Positions 1 to 12,200 of a stretch of 64,000 bases of DNA are shown piece by piece. Made by a program: the position numbers and the translations under genes. Under the pieces are notes generated by a model. That model did not search any database and was not told the origin of the DNA. It worked only from the letters and a program-made list of their open reading frames with translations. Position 1 is the stretch's first letter, and every line of letters begins with the position of its first letter. The stretch is from NCBI RefSeq assembly GCF_963853765.1, contig NC_088855.1, positions 310,001 through 374,000 of the forward strand, written 5' to 3'. This DNA is from Magallana gigas (taxonomy: Eukaryota).

Positions 1-389
1 CAAAGATACCATGTTAATATTTTCCTTGTCATCCAAAGAATTTCTATAAATAGTATCAACACCTGTGATGGCTCATTACTTTTTTATCATTTATCATCCA
101 CACATATCATATATGATATGTAGGCCTATATTCACCAAGTCATGACAATATATAGTCAATTGCAAATGATATACATGTACAAGCAATTGTGTCACTTTCT
201 TCATTTTATGGCAATAGCTGACACTGGTGATTATTATCAAATATGTAATCTATAAAGAACATTGAAATTTAGTGGATTTCATATTAAGTTGCAAGTAGGA
301 GAATTTTTCCTTTATGTTTATAACACATAGATATAGACCTAACACAAACTGCATGAGTAAGCCAATATGTCTGTCAATGTTTACTGTTT

Positions 390-3300
390 TTACGAGGACA
401 AGTCAGCCTCTGTGACACCTTGCACACTGAGTTCCATCAACACGTTGTCTAGGTACTTGTCGTCAGGGTAACCATGCCCCGAGTCATTCCTTCCTGACTC
501 GGTTTTGTGGTGGATTTCGTTCCATGTCACGGTGTCCGATTCTCCGGTCGTGCTTGACTGACCAATAGTGAACGTCAACCTCCTTCTCCAAGCCACCGTT
601 AACAACTTCAGGACCTAAACAAGGACAACCAAATGTCTGATTTAATACTGACAGGACCTCAACACAGGAAACAAAGTGTCTCATTTATTACTGACAGGAC
701 CTAAACATGGGAAACCAACTGTCTGATTTATAACTGACAGGACCTAAACAAGGAAACCAAATGTCTGACTTATTACTGACAGGACCTAAACACGGGAAAC
801 AAAATAACTGATTTATTACTGACAGGACCTAAACAAGGACAACTAAATGTCTGATTTATAACTGACAGGACCTAAACACGGGAAACAAATTGTCTGATTT
901 ATTACTGACAGGACCTAAACACGGGAAACCAAATGTCTGACTTATTACTGACAGGACCTAAACACAATAACCAAATGTCTAATAGGACCTAAACACGGGA
1001 AACTGAATGTTTGACTTATTACTGACAGGACCTAAAAGTGGAAAACCAAATGTCTGATTTATTACTGACAGGACCTAAACTTGGAAAACCAAATGCCTGA
1101 CTTATTACTGATAGGATCTAAACTTATTACTGTCAAGATGAACAAAAAAGAGGACACAGACTTACACCACTGAAAAATATTACCATGTTAATTGGACATT
1201 AAACTAATGACTGAATTTTTCTTTTTTTTTAAAGTCTTCACCCACTTTAAATCAGGGCGAAGGGGACTAAAAAGAGGGATGAACATTTCGCTTTATACAG
1301 TATAGCTAAACTTATCTTACTACCTGTATTTGCTACCAATCAACTGGATGTCCCAATACCACACACTATTTACAAAGTTTGACATTGCATCTATGAAATC
1401 TGTTATCAAAGCAATAAGGAACAACCTATAAGATGAAAGACTTGCACATTGTACTAGTACCTTTCTGCCTTTATCATTGTCTGGAATGTAACAAACTCGA
1501 GGGAACCCTCTGCAGGAGAAGCGTTTGCCAGGGTGGGGATGTTCTGGTCCCTGGATCCCTGGGGAAATGTGATAAATGATGACCTTGGTTTGGTGACCTT
1601 CATTGCCTGGGAGGGAGTGGGGGACTGTCAGATACTCCATAACCCCGTCCGGACAGTTTCCATGCTTTTCTCCATAAATCGTCTTACAAGTAGGGCATTG
1701 GACGGACCCATTCTATAAAAACAAACAACAATTCTGAATCAATAACTGCACTTGTACCGGTATTCATAAACTATACAGTTTTGCTTTATGCATTTTTCAA
1801 AGATATTTGCCAAACTTACATTTAACTTACTTGTACATTAAATAAATAAAAAACGTCATTTAAATAAATTTGAAAATTCTCCAAATTCAGATACAATGCA
1901 GAACATGGTGAAAATTCAAGAAAGAAGGTCACAATATATTACAATAGATATATACCAGTTATCTCTCTTTTGTTACTGCTCTTTTCCCAGACTTACTTTT
2001 GTGGTGCTTTCATACATGGCCAAAATACACAGCTTATGGAACATATGGCTACATCTGTTGAGCTTGAAGACAACTTTCTCGTCCTTTTTACCCTCTCCAT
2101 ACCCGGAGGCATGGGTGAGCTTCTCACAACATATACAGCAGTCCTGAAGAGAAAGAAATGGTGCAAGATTCATTTGCCATCTAAAAGGTACTCTGATCTA
2201 GTTATATACTAAATTATGGTTGACTTAACCCAACTCCATCTAAAAGGTACTGATCTGGTTATATACTAAATTATGGTTGACTTGACCCCACTCCATCTAA
2301 AAAGTACTCTGATCTAGTTATATACTAAATTATGGTTGACTTAACCCAACTCCATCTAAAAGGTACTGATCTGGTTATATACTAAATTATGGTTGACTTA
2401 ACCCCACTCCATATAAAAGGTACTGATCTGGTTATATACTAAATTATGGTTGACTTAACCCCACTCCATCTAAACGGTACTCTGATCTAGTTATATACTA
2501 AATTATGGTTGACTTAACCCCACTCCATCTAAAAGGTACTCTGATCTAGTTATATACTAAATTATGGTTGACTTAACCCCACTCCATCTAAAAGGTACTG
2601 ATCTGGTTATATACTAAATTATGGTTGACTTAACCCCACTCCATCTAAACGGTACTCTGATCTAGTTATATACTAAATTATGGTTGACTTAACCCCACTC
2701 CATCTAAAAGGTACTGATCTGGTTATATACTAAATTATGGTTGACTTGACCCCACTCCATCTAAAAGGTACTCTGATCTAGTTATATACTAAATTATGGT
2801 TGACTTAACCCCACTCCATCTAAAAGGTACTGATCTGGTTATATACTAAATTATGGTTGACTTAACCCCACTCCATCTAAAAGGTACTCTGATCTAGTTA
2901 TATACTAAATTATGGTTGAATTAACCCCACTCCATCTAAAAGGTACTGTGATCTGGTTATATACTAAATTATGGTTGACTTGACCCCACTCCATCTAAAA
3001 GGTACTCTGATCTGGTTAAATACAAAATTATGGTTGACTTGACCCTACATCCACAATGGCCAGATGAATCCAACAGACGCAAAAGTCAGTGAATCCAACA
3101 GACGCAAAAGTCAGTGAATCCAACAGACGCAAAGGCCAGATTTTCTGCAAATTTTTAATTAAAGCTCAATTCGTAACTCTGAGTTTCTGTAATAGGATTC
3201 TATATTCCAATCCTATATTCCTTAATAATGCAGTGTGTACCTCATCATCTGGAGGGTTGTCCAGGATTGACACATAGTTCTCAAATACTTCACAGCCAGC

Positions 3301-6300
3301 CCAGGTACCTGAAAAATAGACCATCACTAGATCATTTAGGCAGTCAGATCTCTACATGCAGTCATATCTCAAAACTGTTATCACAAACTGAGGCACATAT
3401 TCTCTTGCTTCCTAAGTCATCCATCCAATTTTTTTCAGACTGGGAGCTACAGACATCCAGCTAACTTTTAATATGATTAAATGATTATAAAACATTAGTG
3501 ATTGTTTTTACCAGAGGAGTGAGTGTTCATTTTGGATACATTATTAGGAATCTTATCCTCAGAAGGTAGGTAGAAACCAGTGGCCCCTCCTCCTCCTCCT
3601 CCTGTAGCACCATTTGATGTAGAGAGCTGGGTACCAGCTAAAGAATGGGCACCAGACCCCACAGGGTTCACAGCACCAGACCCCACAGGGTTCACAGCAC
3701 CTTAAAACATAGAAATAAGAAATTCCACAATATACCGGTAATTGACTGGTAACATTTTGGCTGATCAATATCCTAATTTAAAGCAACTACTAGCATATGC
3801 TTTTATGTGCAGTTGACATCTTGGCACTTTATTTATTAGCATTATGTTTTTTAACTTTTAATAATTTAGCTCATAATTAAAGTATTTTTTTAATTTGGAA
3901 TGTTAAGAAACATTACAATTAGTAAAAGCAAATAAGTCTCCATATATGTAATAATTATTGTAACTCAACGGAAAAAAAACCCCAACCCAAAACAATGTTG
4001 CTTTTAATAATAGTTCTCTGCATTCTTAAATAATATTGTACTGGAATTGATATATTATATCTAATATCTGCTGTATACCTCAGTATGGAGTAATAAATGT
4101 AACCAGTGGTGGTAAGAAAAAGACTTATTGGTTATGAGGACAATTGGTGGCTTCTGTGTGTCCTCTTTACCTGAGATTACAGCACCTGGTGACTCACCTG
4201 AAACACCTGACCTGACTACAGGGCCACTCATTTGGTGGTTGTTGAAACTGGAAAAAAAACAACATGGAATCAAACATTCATCTGCTGCCTACAAACTGAT
4301 CTATGGTGGCTGTACTAATCAATAAAATGACAGACAGATTGGTGACTGGTGTCACAGCAAGCCAGAAAAAATCAACTTGATTTTCATTTAATTTTCAGTC
4401 ACTTTTAATATCACTTTCAGAAGTTACTTGGTAATAATGCTTTTCTACAGGTCTGTGACAGACATGCTAAACTATCATGACTACTGGCACACTTCCAGCA
4501 AGGTGCTGATTTGTATAGATCTAAGCTGTATCATTTAACTACAATACCTTTCATACCATAATTACCGGTATACTTAGTGCACCTGAAGTAAACTCACTTG
4601 TGATAAGTAAAGTTGCCATAACTGCCCCCGACCAGCCCACTTCTGACTGAAGGATGGATGGGCCGAGTGGAACTGTGTCCTATATTTCCAGGAAAATAAT
4701 TGGCAGCTCTGTGGAACATGTTAGCATGTGGAATGAATCCCACTGTCGAGATTCCAGAGGCTGGCGGTGGGTTACTCGGGGACTGCGAATGTGCTTGATG
4801 AAATAACTGGGCATTCTGACTGGCTGCTTGATGAGACACAGGTGGAGTCCCCGCGTTGATGTGGACTGAGGTAGGCAGGGAAGAACTCAAAGCCATTTGA
4901 GTGTATAATCTCTTTCTAGTCAGGACCCCCGAGATGTGAGTTGGTGCATGAGATGTTGCATTTAAGTTGTGAGATGGTGCATTCAAATTTTGGGGTGTAT
5001 TTGAATTCTGAGAAGCTGTATTTGAGTTGTGAGATGTTGCATGAAAGTTGTGAGACATTGCATTTAAGTTGTGAGCTGTTGCATTCGGATTATAAACTGC
5101 TGCATTTAAGCTGTGAGATGTTATGTTAAGGTTGTGAGATGTTGTATTTGAACTGTGAGATGTTATGTTAAGGTTGTGAGATGTTGTATTTGAACTGTGA
5201 GACGATGTGGTCAAGTTGTAAAATGATGAATTAGAGTTTTGGGATTGTACATGAGAGTTGTTTGGCATTGCACTTTTAGAGTTCTGAAGCATTACAGCAG
5301 AGTTTTGAAATGTCCCACTGGATAAAGAATTAGATGACATCTGTCCTCTTCCTGACAGTCTCTGTTTCTTTACACAACTCCCTCCATTCACAGCACCATT
5401 GTTTGCAGACTGTGTGTTAGACTGAGCAGTAGTTGACCCAGAGCCTGTGGAGCTATTGTCAGACGGAATACACTTCATATATGGCATGGCCAAGAGCTCA
5501 CGACGTATCATTCGTAAGCGCCCTGTCTCAATTCTTTTCTGAGTCATTTTACTTAAATCCATGATGTAAGGTAATTTGACAGCAGTTTTGGAGAGGTTCA
5601 GCTCAGTGTTCTGAGTAGAAGGGTTTGAAAAGTGATCCTCCAGAAGGCAGGCGACCTCCATATCAAACGTGTTCCACTGGCCACGAACATCCCCCTCCCA
5701 CTGCCAAATAATTCCCTTTCCTGGGGGGCTGGAATCTGCCAACAACTGACGTCGCACAGGCCTAGCTGTCCCTGTCAACATATATATATCAATAAAAATA
5801 ACAGTATAAAGCAATTTAGATTTAAAGATATAAAGATTTTTTCAATAAAATACACTTACAAGACTATATTCAGTGACACAGCTAAAAGATATATTGCATG
5901 AATGCTAGAGAACTTGTATCCTGGAGAACACACACCAATGCTGTAGGGTTCTCTTAGAGAACTCATTCCATGGAGAGAGATCTCCAACTAAACCCTAGAG
6001 AACCAACACCCAAATTTATATATTGCTTTGTATAATATTTAAAGAACAATACATCGTGAAATCTGTATCCCATTCCATATCAACCTGAAGGCCTTAGGCC
6101 AAAGGGCTGATATTGGTCAAGCATTTATTTGAATGTAATACATATTTTGACATTTATTGTAGTTTATATTATTAATTTGATTAGATATCATAAATTGTTT
6201 TTATCTTCATGTAAGAAACTTATCCTCAATATCCTGGTTTATCTTGGTTTTCCTACCTCAAAATTGTTTATGTTCAAATGCATTTTGACATAATTTTCAT

Positions 6301-7898
6301 AAAATGTACATGTCATTACATCAGTTTCGACTTCAGGTATGCACCAAAAAAATTTAAAGAGAAAGAGATCAGAAGCACTCTGGATAAAAAGTACAAAGTT
6401 GTTTAAATTTGAAAACTTAAGGTGTAATGAAGGGTGATGATACAGGGGATGTGATTGAGGCTTGTGCCTTTGTTTGTATCAGGGGTGCAAAAATTCATAT
6501 CAAATATATATAACAGATATACTGTAGATTCCTAATTAAATGCGAGGAATTATTTTCTGCGTAAAATTGCGAGATGCAACCCCCACAGATTTTAAAGTCT
6601 CGCTTTCATTTTTCAAACAGTTTCAAACTATAGGAAATCATAACAAAATATTGGTGATCGCAATTATATATTCTTGCGATTTGATACAAAACAGCAGAAT
6701 CGTGGAATTAAGTACTTGCGTAAAATAAGGAATTTATAGTAACCAGAATGAACTTGGGTGAATAGCAATATTAATTTTGGCTTAATGTTTCCCGTTATAC
6801 ACTATTATCAGAAAATGCACAATTTAGTTACCTAGCTTTCACTACTTTCAGCAAGTTTTAATAAAGCCACAAATTTATTACATATTCCACCTGGTGGAGC
6901 TTCGGTGGTGCAATAACATTGACCCGTCACTTTCAATCTATTGCATTACTGAAAGAGGCTAACAGCTGCATAAAGACAACAAAATAATATTCTAACAATT
7001 ATAGCAATATTGTAGCCCAGAAACATATAAGGCACTGGCAAGCAACACAAGCTCATTTGATTAATACATCTGATATATGAAAAAAGCAAAAACTTGCACT
7101 TCCGCACACCAGCATCAATTTCAAGAAGATGATGAGAGAAAATGGACACAAATTCAATAAAAGATACCAGCGGTTTAAATTGATTGAGGGAGAATTATCA
7201 CCATGTAAGGATAGGATATAAATTAGATAAATCCTAAAAAGGATGTTTAAGCTGCAATACTGAAGCGGCGGGACATCTAAATACTCAGATTAACCTTTGG
7301 TCAACCAAAGTTTGGGTAGGATTTACAGACATGAATTATTATATAAAGAACTGTCCTGAAATTCGATGAAGCTGTCAGTCCAAATATCAAGCCAAGCTGA
7401 ATCTTTACCAAGATAAGAGTTCTCTTAACGAAGACTGTTCCTCTATGAACTAGGTACAGATTCTCAAGGTTCTCAAGAGTACAAGTTATCTTGGAGAAAT
7501 GGTACCTAGTATACCTGGAAACGGAGTTCTCTATGAGGACCCTTCATTTATAACCCTAATACATGGGTACGACGAAAAAACTCTATGATATGGAGTAAAT
7601 GACAAAAATCAACAAAGGTCCTCCACTTGCACGCAACTCTGTTCCCTTTATCAATTTAAAGAGTTGAAGAGATCAGATAATAAATCATACCTGTTCCAAA
7701 CCGAATCTGGCACATGGTTAAAAAATCTATGGAATATATTCCCATGTTTGGAGCCACTTTCCCCAAATTCACTTGAACTGATGGGTTTTTCCTGTGACTA
7801 GATTCGATGAAATTTGCTATGTGAGATTCATAAGGTCGCCATCGACCATATTCATTCATCCATTCCCAAACCACGACAGATTTCGAGGAGGCTGTCAT
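390..7898 (-). CDS. deltex: Deltex E3 ubiquitin ligase (DTX1/2/4 class: 2x WWE, RING-H2, Deltex C-terminal domain), 8 coding exons, ~770 aa
   Basis: Exons 7898-7691 (WWE1 [16 protein letters not shown]), 5771-4598 (WWE2 WQWEGD..., low-complexity linker), 4247-4198 (alternative donor 4171), 3700-3512, 3308-3241 (ILDNPPDDE), 2143-1997 ([12 protein letters not shown]...CSHMFHKLC), 1712-1461 ([13 protein letters not shown]...[10 protein letters not shown]), 614-390 ([12 protein letters not shown]...NEIHHKT...HGYPD). All introns GT-AG with matching phases. Confidence 0.95.
610..1130. repeat. ~43-bp minisatellite (~12 copies) containing the deltex last-exon splice acceptor
   Basis: ctgacaggacctaaac recurs at ~651, 694, 737, 779 and onward; on the minus strand each unit reads gtttag|gtcctg, as at the true acceptor at 614. 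Confidence 0.9.
2177..3050. repeat. 57/59-bp minisatellite, ~15 copies, in a deltex intron
   Basis: ccatctaaaaggtact(ct)gatct(a/g)gttatatactaaattatggttgacttaaccccact starts at 2177, 2236, 2293, 2352, 2409 ... 2991. Confidence 0.95.
3065..3135. repeat. Short tandem repeat, ~25 bp x 3
   Basis: gaatccaacagacgcaaaagtcagt repeated. Confidence 0.85.
6520..6741. mobile_element. Tc1/mariner-type MITE (~220 bp), same family as the copy at 42188
   Basis: Left end tactgtagattcct, right end aggaatttatagta (imperfect TIR); TA at both ends; internal similarity to 42188-42410. Confidence 0.75.
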
Positions 7899-7899
7899 T

Positions 7900-8280
7900 T
7901 TATTTTCCCTCCTTCTTAATGTACAAGACCGATGATTTCCGAGAGATCTTAGAGAGTTCCGAAAAATTATTTACATCGCGTTTTATCGAGATCTGATATT
8001 TTTTGGTAAAATTGTAAAATACCATTTTCATCAATAACGTATTAAATCTTTCTTTAAGTCTTGTATTTTCTGGTTATATTTTCTAATATAAAAAATATAT
8101 ATATACCGGAAATAACTCATTACCCACAATGCACGGGGCATTCCTTGTAGCGAAGGAAAACTGAGAAAGACATTCTGAATTTTGCCTGGAGGTTTAGAGA
8201 GCTGGCATTGTTCTATTGCATTTCAACGTAAACAATGCCAACCAAACCATCAGAAAACTGTCGTTAATTTCACATGTAAG
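7900..8280. promoter_or_regulatory. Probable bidirectional promoter between deltex and CCDC92, with a CCDC92 non-coding first exon
   Basis: The deltex ATG at 7898 points left. A GTAAG donor at 8276 and an acceptor at 9193 just upstream of the CCDC92 ATG imply a plus-strand 5'UTR exon here. Confidence 0.5.
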
Positions 8281-8859
8281 TTGACAATAATTAGGTTTTG
8301 TTGTGAGTTGATTTCTTTGTCCAAAGTTTTTTTTAGTTTTGGAATTAAATGAGAATTTTGTGCAGAATTTTATAGAAATTGGTTTGCAGAATTAAACTAC
8401 ATGTGTTCACTATATTCTTTAGTCAATGAAATATTCACGTTTGCCCATTTGTGCTTTGCAATCGTTGAATTTGTCTGCATTACTTGCACTGGTCAGATCA
8501 GGGACGTATATATATATACGTCCCTGGTCATATTGATATTGCTAATTCCACTGTATTCTCCTTTGAAAAGTTGACAGGCATAGCCTACATCCACTTCTCT
8601 TCACAAGCCTTCATATTTTGATTCTGGAAAATATGTAAATGTCGCAACTGAAGACGGTCTATGCTTTGACCCATGTTTCGACTCCATAAACCTGTAATTT
8701 CCACATTTTATACATAAATTCATGCATATAACTCAAAAATTCAACACTAACCCACTATCAAATCATTTGAATCAAAGTACTTTTAAAAGGGAAATTTACC
8801 ATGTTTTAGGATATTGGATGCTCCTTAATTATTAATCACTGGTGCAACCCGGGCAAGTG

Positions 8860-9110
8860 TGATCCCTGTGATCGTAGTGGTTGTATGTGAAAGGGTATGT
8901 GGTCGCCCATTTGGACATATGTGGGGTTTTTCTTGGCACTCTGACTTGCTTTCTATCCCCTCACACTTAAATCTTTGCGAAAGAGAGATATTCATATAAG
9001 TAAAAAAAAAATTAGTTGTAGAACTTTTATACGTTCATCGTCATAATCGTTGTAAAAGAAATATAGTTCAGTCCAATTACTAACAGAAGCTCTGATCTTT
9101 GTTAAGAGCA
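8860..9110 (+). mobile_element. Degenerate SINE-like fragment (V/Meta-domain-like core)
   Basis: ggggtttttcttggcactctgacttgctttc resembles the GGTTTTCTCCGGGTACTCCGGTTTCC core of V/Meta SINEs; recalled similarity only. Confidence 0.3.
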
Positions 9111-9220
9111 TTTAAGTTGTTAAGTTGTTAAGAAGTCACTGTTATACACTATTAAAGTATCATCTGTGCAGTATATATGTGTTCCTATTACAGGACATTG
9201 GCCACCACAAAATTATTACC

Positions 9221-12200
9221 ATGGCAACACAAGCAGCAGTTCATAAACGCAACCTTGAGAGTTCCATCCTCTTCATGCAGACTGAGCATGCTCAAACACT
9301 AAAGGGTCTCCATGAAGAAATCAAGAACCTCCAGAAAAAATGCTCAGGTAACTGACAAAAAACAAGCTTTCTAACCATGCACAGCTGTTACACTCAACAA
9401 TTTATAGATCTTGGACGCTGAGACATGCCAACATATCTTTCTGCTGTACATTTGATACATCCTTTATAATAATGATACTAAAACAATTTCATTGACTGTT
9501 ATGAGGGGATTGATTAATTACAGTTTGGCCGTGATCAAAATCGGCATTATGATTTGATTTTGTACCACTCATACTGTGGTTTCATCAATATTTGTTGAAT
9601 ACCAATTTTCGTTGATTTCGTTATTAAGTTTATCCTTGAAATTAAATATTCATTGAACTGCAATTTCTACTGATATTTAGTATTGAACTATTGATAGGGT
9701 CATTGGCCAAGAATTTATGTATCCTTGAAACATTTTCACTCTATCCACAAAAATTGATACCCTTGAATATTAATGAAACCACAGTAATTGATATCCCCTC
9801 ATAGTCAATTTGATAAAAGTCAAGAATGATTCTCTACTTTACATGTATTTACTTTAATATCATCATGTAAACCCCACTGGCGCCCCAACAGTTAACATAA
9901 TTTGAATCATATATACAGCCTACTCCGGATATATTGAAATTCAGGGGACCATGCAAATAATTTCAATATATCCGTATTTCAATATAAGCGAAATTGACTG
10001 ACGTGAAGCCGTCATTTTTGAAAGTTCAATCCCGATGTAAGCATAGAAAACCAAACCCGAACAAATTATTTGGTCATCATTTATCTATTACAATAAACGG
10101 ACTACATTGAACATTAGTCCTTGAAAGTTTGATTAAAATTATATCCGAAAGTTTTGTAAGTTTCATTTTGTTACTATCTAAAACCTCATTATAATATCGG
10201 ATCGCATTCTTTTACAATTTAGAAAAACGTTAGAGAAAAATCACCAGACTCAAACGCTTCAAGTACTGCTGAACGCTGCTTGTATATCATCGTACGTGTA
10301 CCCGCGATAATCTCAAAATCTCAAATTTCGAATTTAGGCTTTGTCCTTTCATCAATAGCCATAACTAGTTTGTATTTATCCTCAATACATCCGTATTCGT
10401 AAAAATAAAAAATTAAACAGTGAATAAATTTTACTTTTCAATAGAAGTATAAAAACACACATGAAGAGAACTTATCAATTCACACCTTTGTATATCAACC
10501 GGTCAGTCTGGCATAATTACTGTCTCCAACCGTGACGACAGCCGCCAAGGAGAACTTCAATATATCCGTTGTAAAAACAACTAATTATCACCTTTGGTGA
10601 CCGATCAGTGGCTTCAATATAAGCGATATTTCAAAATAGCCGATTTCATTATATTCGTTAAATCAATGCAAAGAATATGAGAGGCAAAAACTGGGGATTT
10701 ATTTCTATTTCAAAATAAGCGGAATTTCAAAATAAGCGAGTTCAATATAAGTGGAGTAAGCTGTATTTTTGTGCAGTCGAGGCAAATGCGTTACATTTGA
10801 AACGACAATCAATTTTTTTAACAAAATTAAATTCAGAAAATATATATAATATCTTGAAGACGATGACATAATGATCTATATTAAACTCACTTACTCTCAT
10901 ACCTACTTTAAACCATCAAACTGCTACTCTTCCCCTTCCTTAAGAGGTGTCTTAAAGAACAGGGCAACATATTGAAATCACATCTGTGTGTCCGAGGCTA
11001 CAAAGCCCACACAGTGCAAAAGGCAATTTATGAGACAACCACAAAATACAGGGAAACCATTTTGCAATACAAAGAAAATAGAAAATAGTACGTAACCCTA
11101 TCCAAGAACATTTATACTAACGAAACTTTGTTCAAGTACAGCACTTACACGGACATATTTGCTAGTTCCATTATGGATCGCACCAAAAAAATATTAAGTA
11201 ACATGTTTTGTCACACAGACAATTCCCTTTAACCCATTAGCTGCAATAATGTAGCCCTCTATGGTTTTTTCTATCTGATATTTACTGGGGAGGGCTACAA
11301 TTCCATAGGATCTCTGTAATGGTACAAAATTAATTTTTTCCTGCGACTGACTTTGGTCTAAAAAGATCATTTTTATATTCGACTTCCTTTAGATAAAATG
11401 ATTTTTTAATTCAGGTTGAACAAACTAACCGTATATAATGCAAAACCAGATAAAACACATCAGCATGTTTACCAGTAGTCTATTTATGCTTGGGAGTTTT
11501 GATGGGTTTGATAACGTGAATGTCAGGGTAAATAAGTGATCTTACCTCGTTCTTTCACTAAAACATCCTTTAAGAAAATGGTATATAATGGAAAATTCAA
11601 ATTTACCGCGTTAATTATGTTTAAAATAGGGAAATTCCTACATTCAGTTCAAGATCCACTCCTGAATTCTCATTGGCTGTCCCAAAATAAAACCGATCAA
11701 GGTCAGTAAACATGAGGGACAAATTTAACTTGGGTTGTTGATATACACAAAAAATAACCGATATATGGTTTTTTTTGGATTGATTTATGCATTTATACAA
11801 TGAGTTCAGGTAGGAAATGCAAATGTTATTGTCATTTATGTACAATTTGAGCCAAAATCGTTGCGGGAGTTAATCACCCGCACTTGCATCATTATGGAGA
11901 TCCTATGGAGTTGTAGCCCTCTCTGTAGCGGAGCGGGGACATAGAAATGCCGGGAGTGTGTCCGTGTTTCCGTCCGTCACACTTTTTTGTAAGCGCTCTC
12001 ATATCTACAAATTTTGACGGATTTTCATTAAATTTATACCAAATGTTTATACCACTATTACCTTGGTCAAGTTCGAAAATCAGCATTGATCGATACTTTT
12101 TGTAGGAGTTATGGGACTTTGACCACAATAATAACTCTGTTTTATTAAAAAATTGACCTTGTAAGCGCTCTCATGCCTACAAATTTTGACGGACTTTCAT

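Noticed and set aside
610-3050. Regular repeat arrays as possible CRISPR arrays
   Set aside because: Units are contiguous with no unique spacers, lie in eukaryotic introns, and no cas genes are present.
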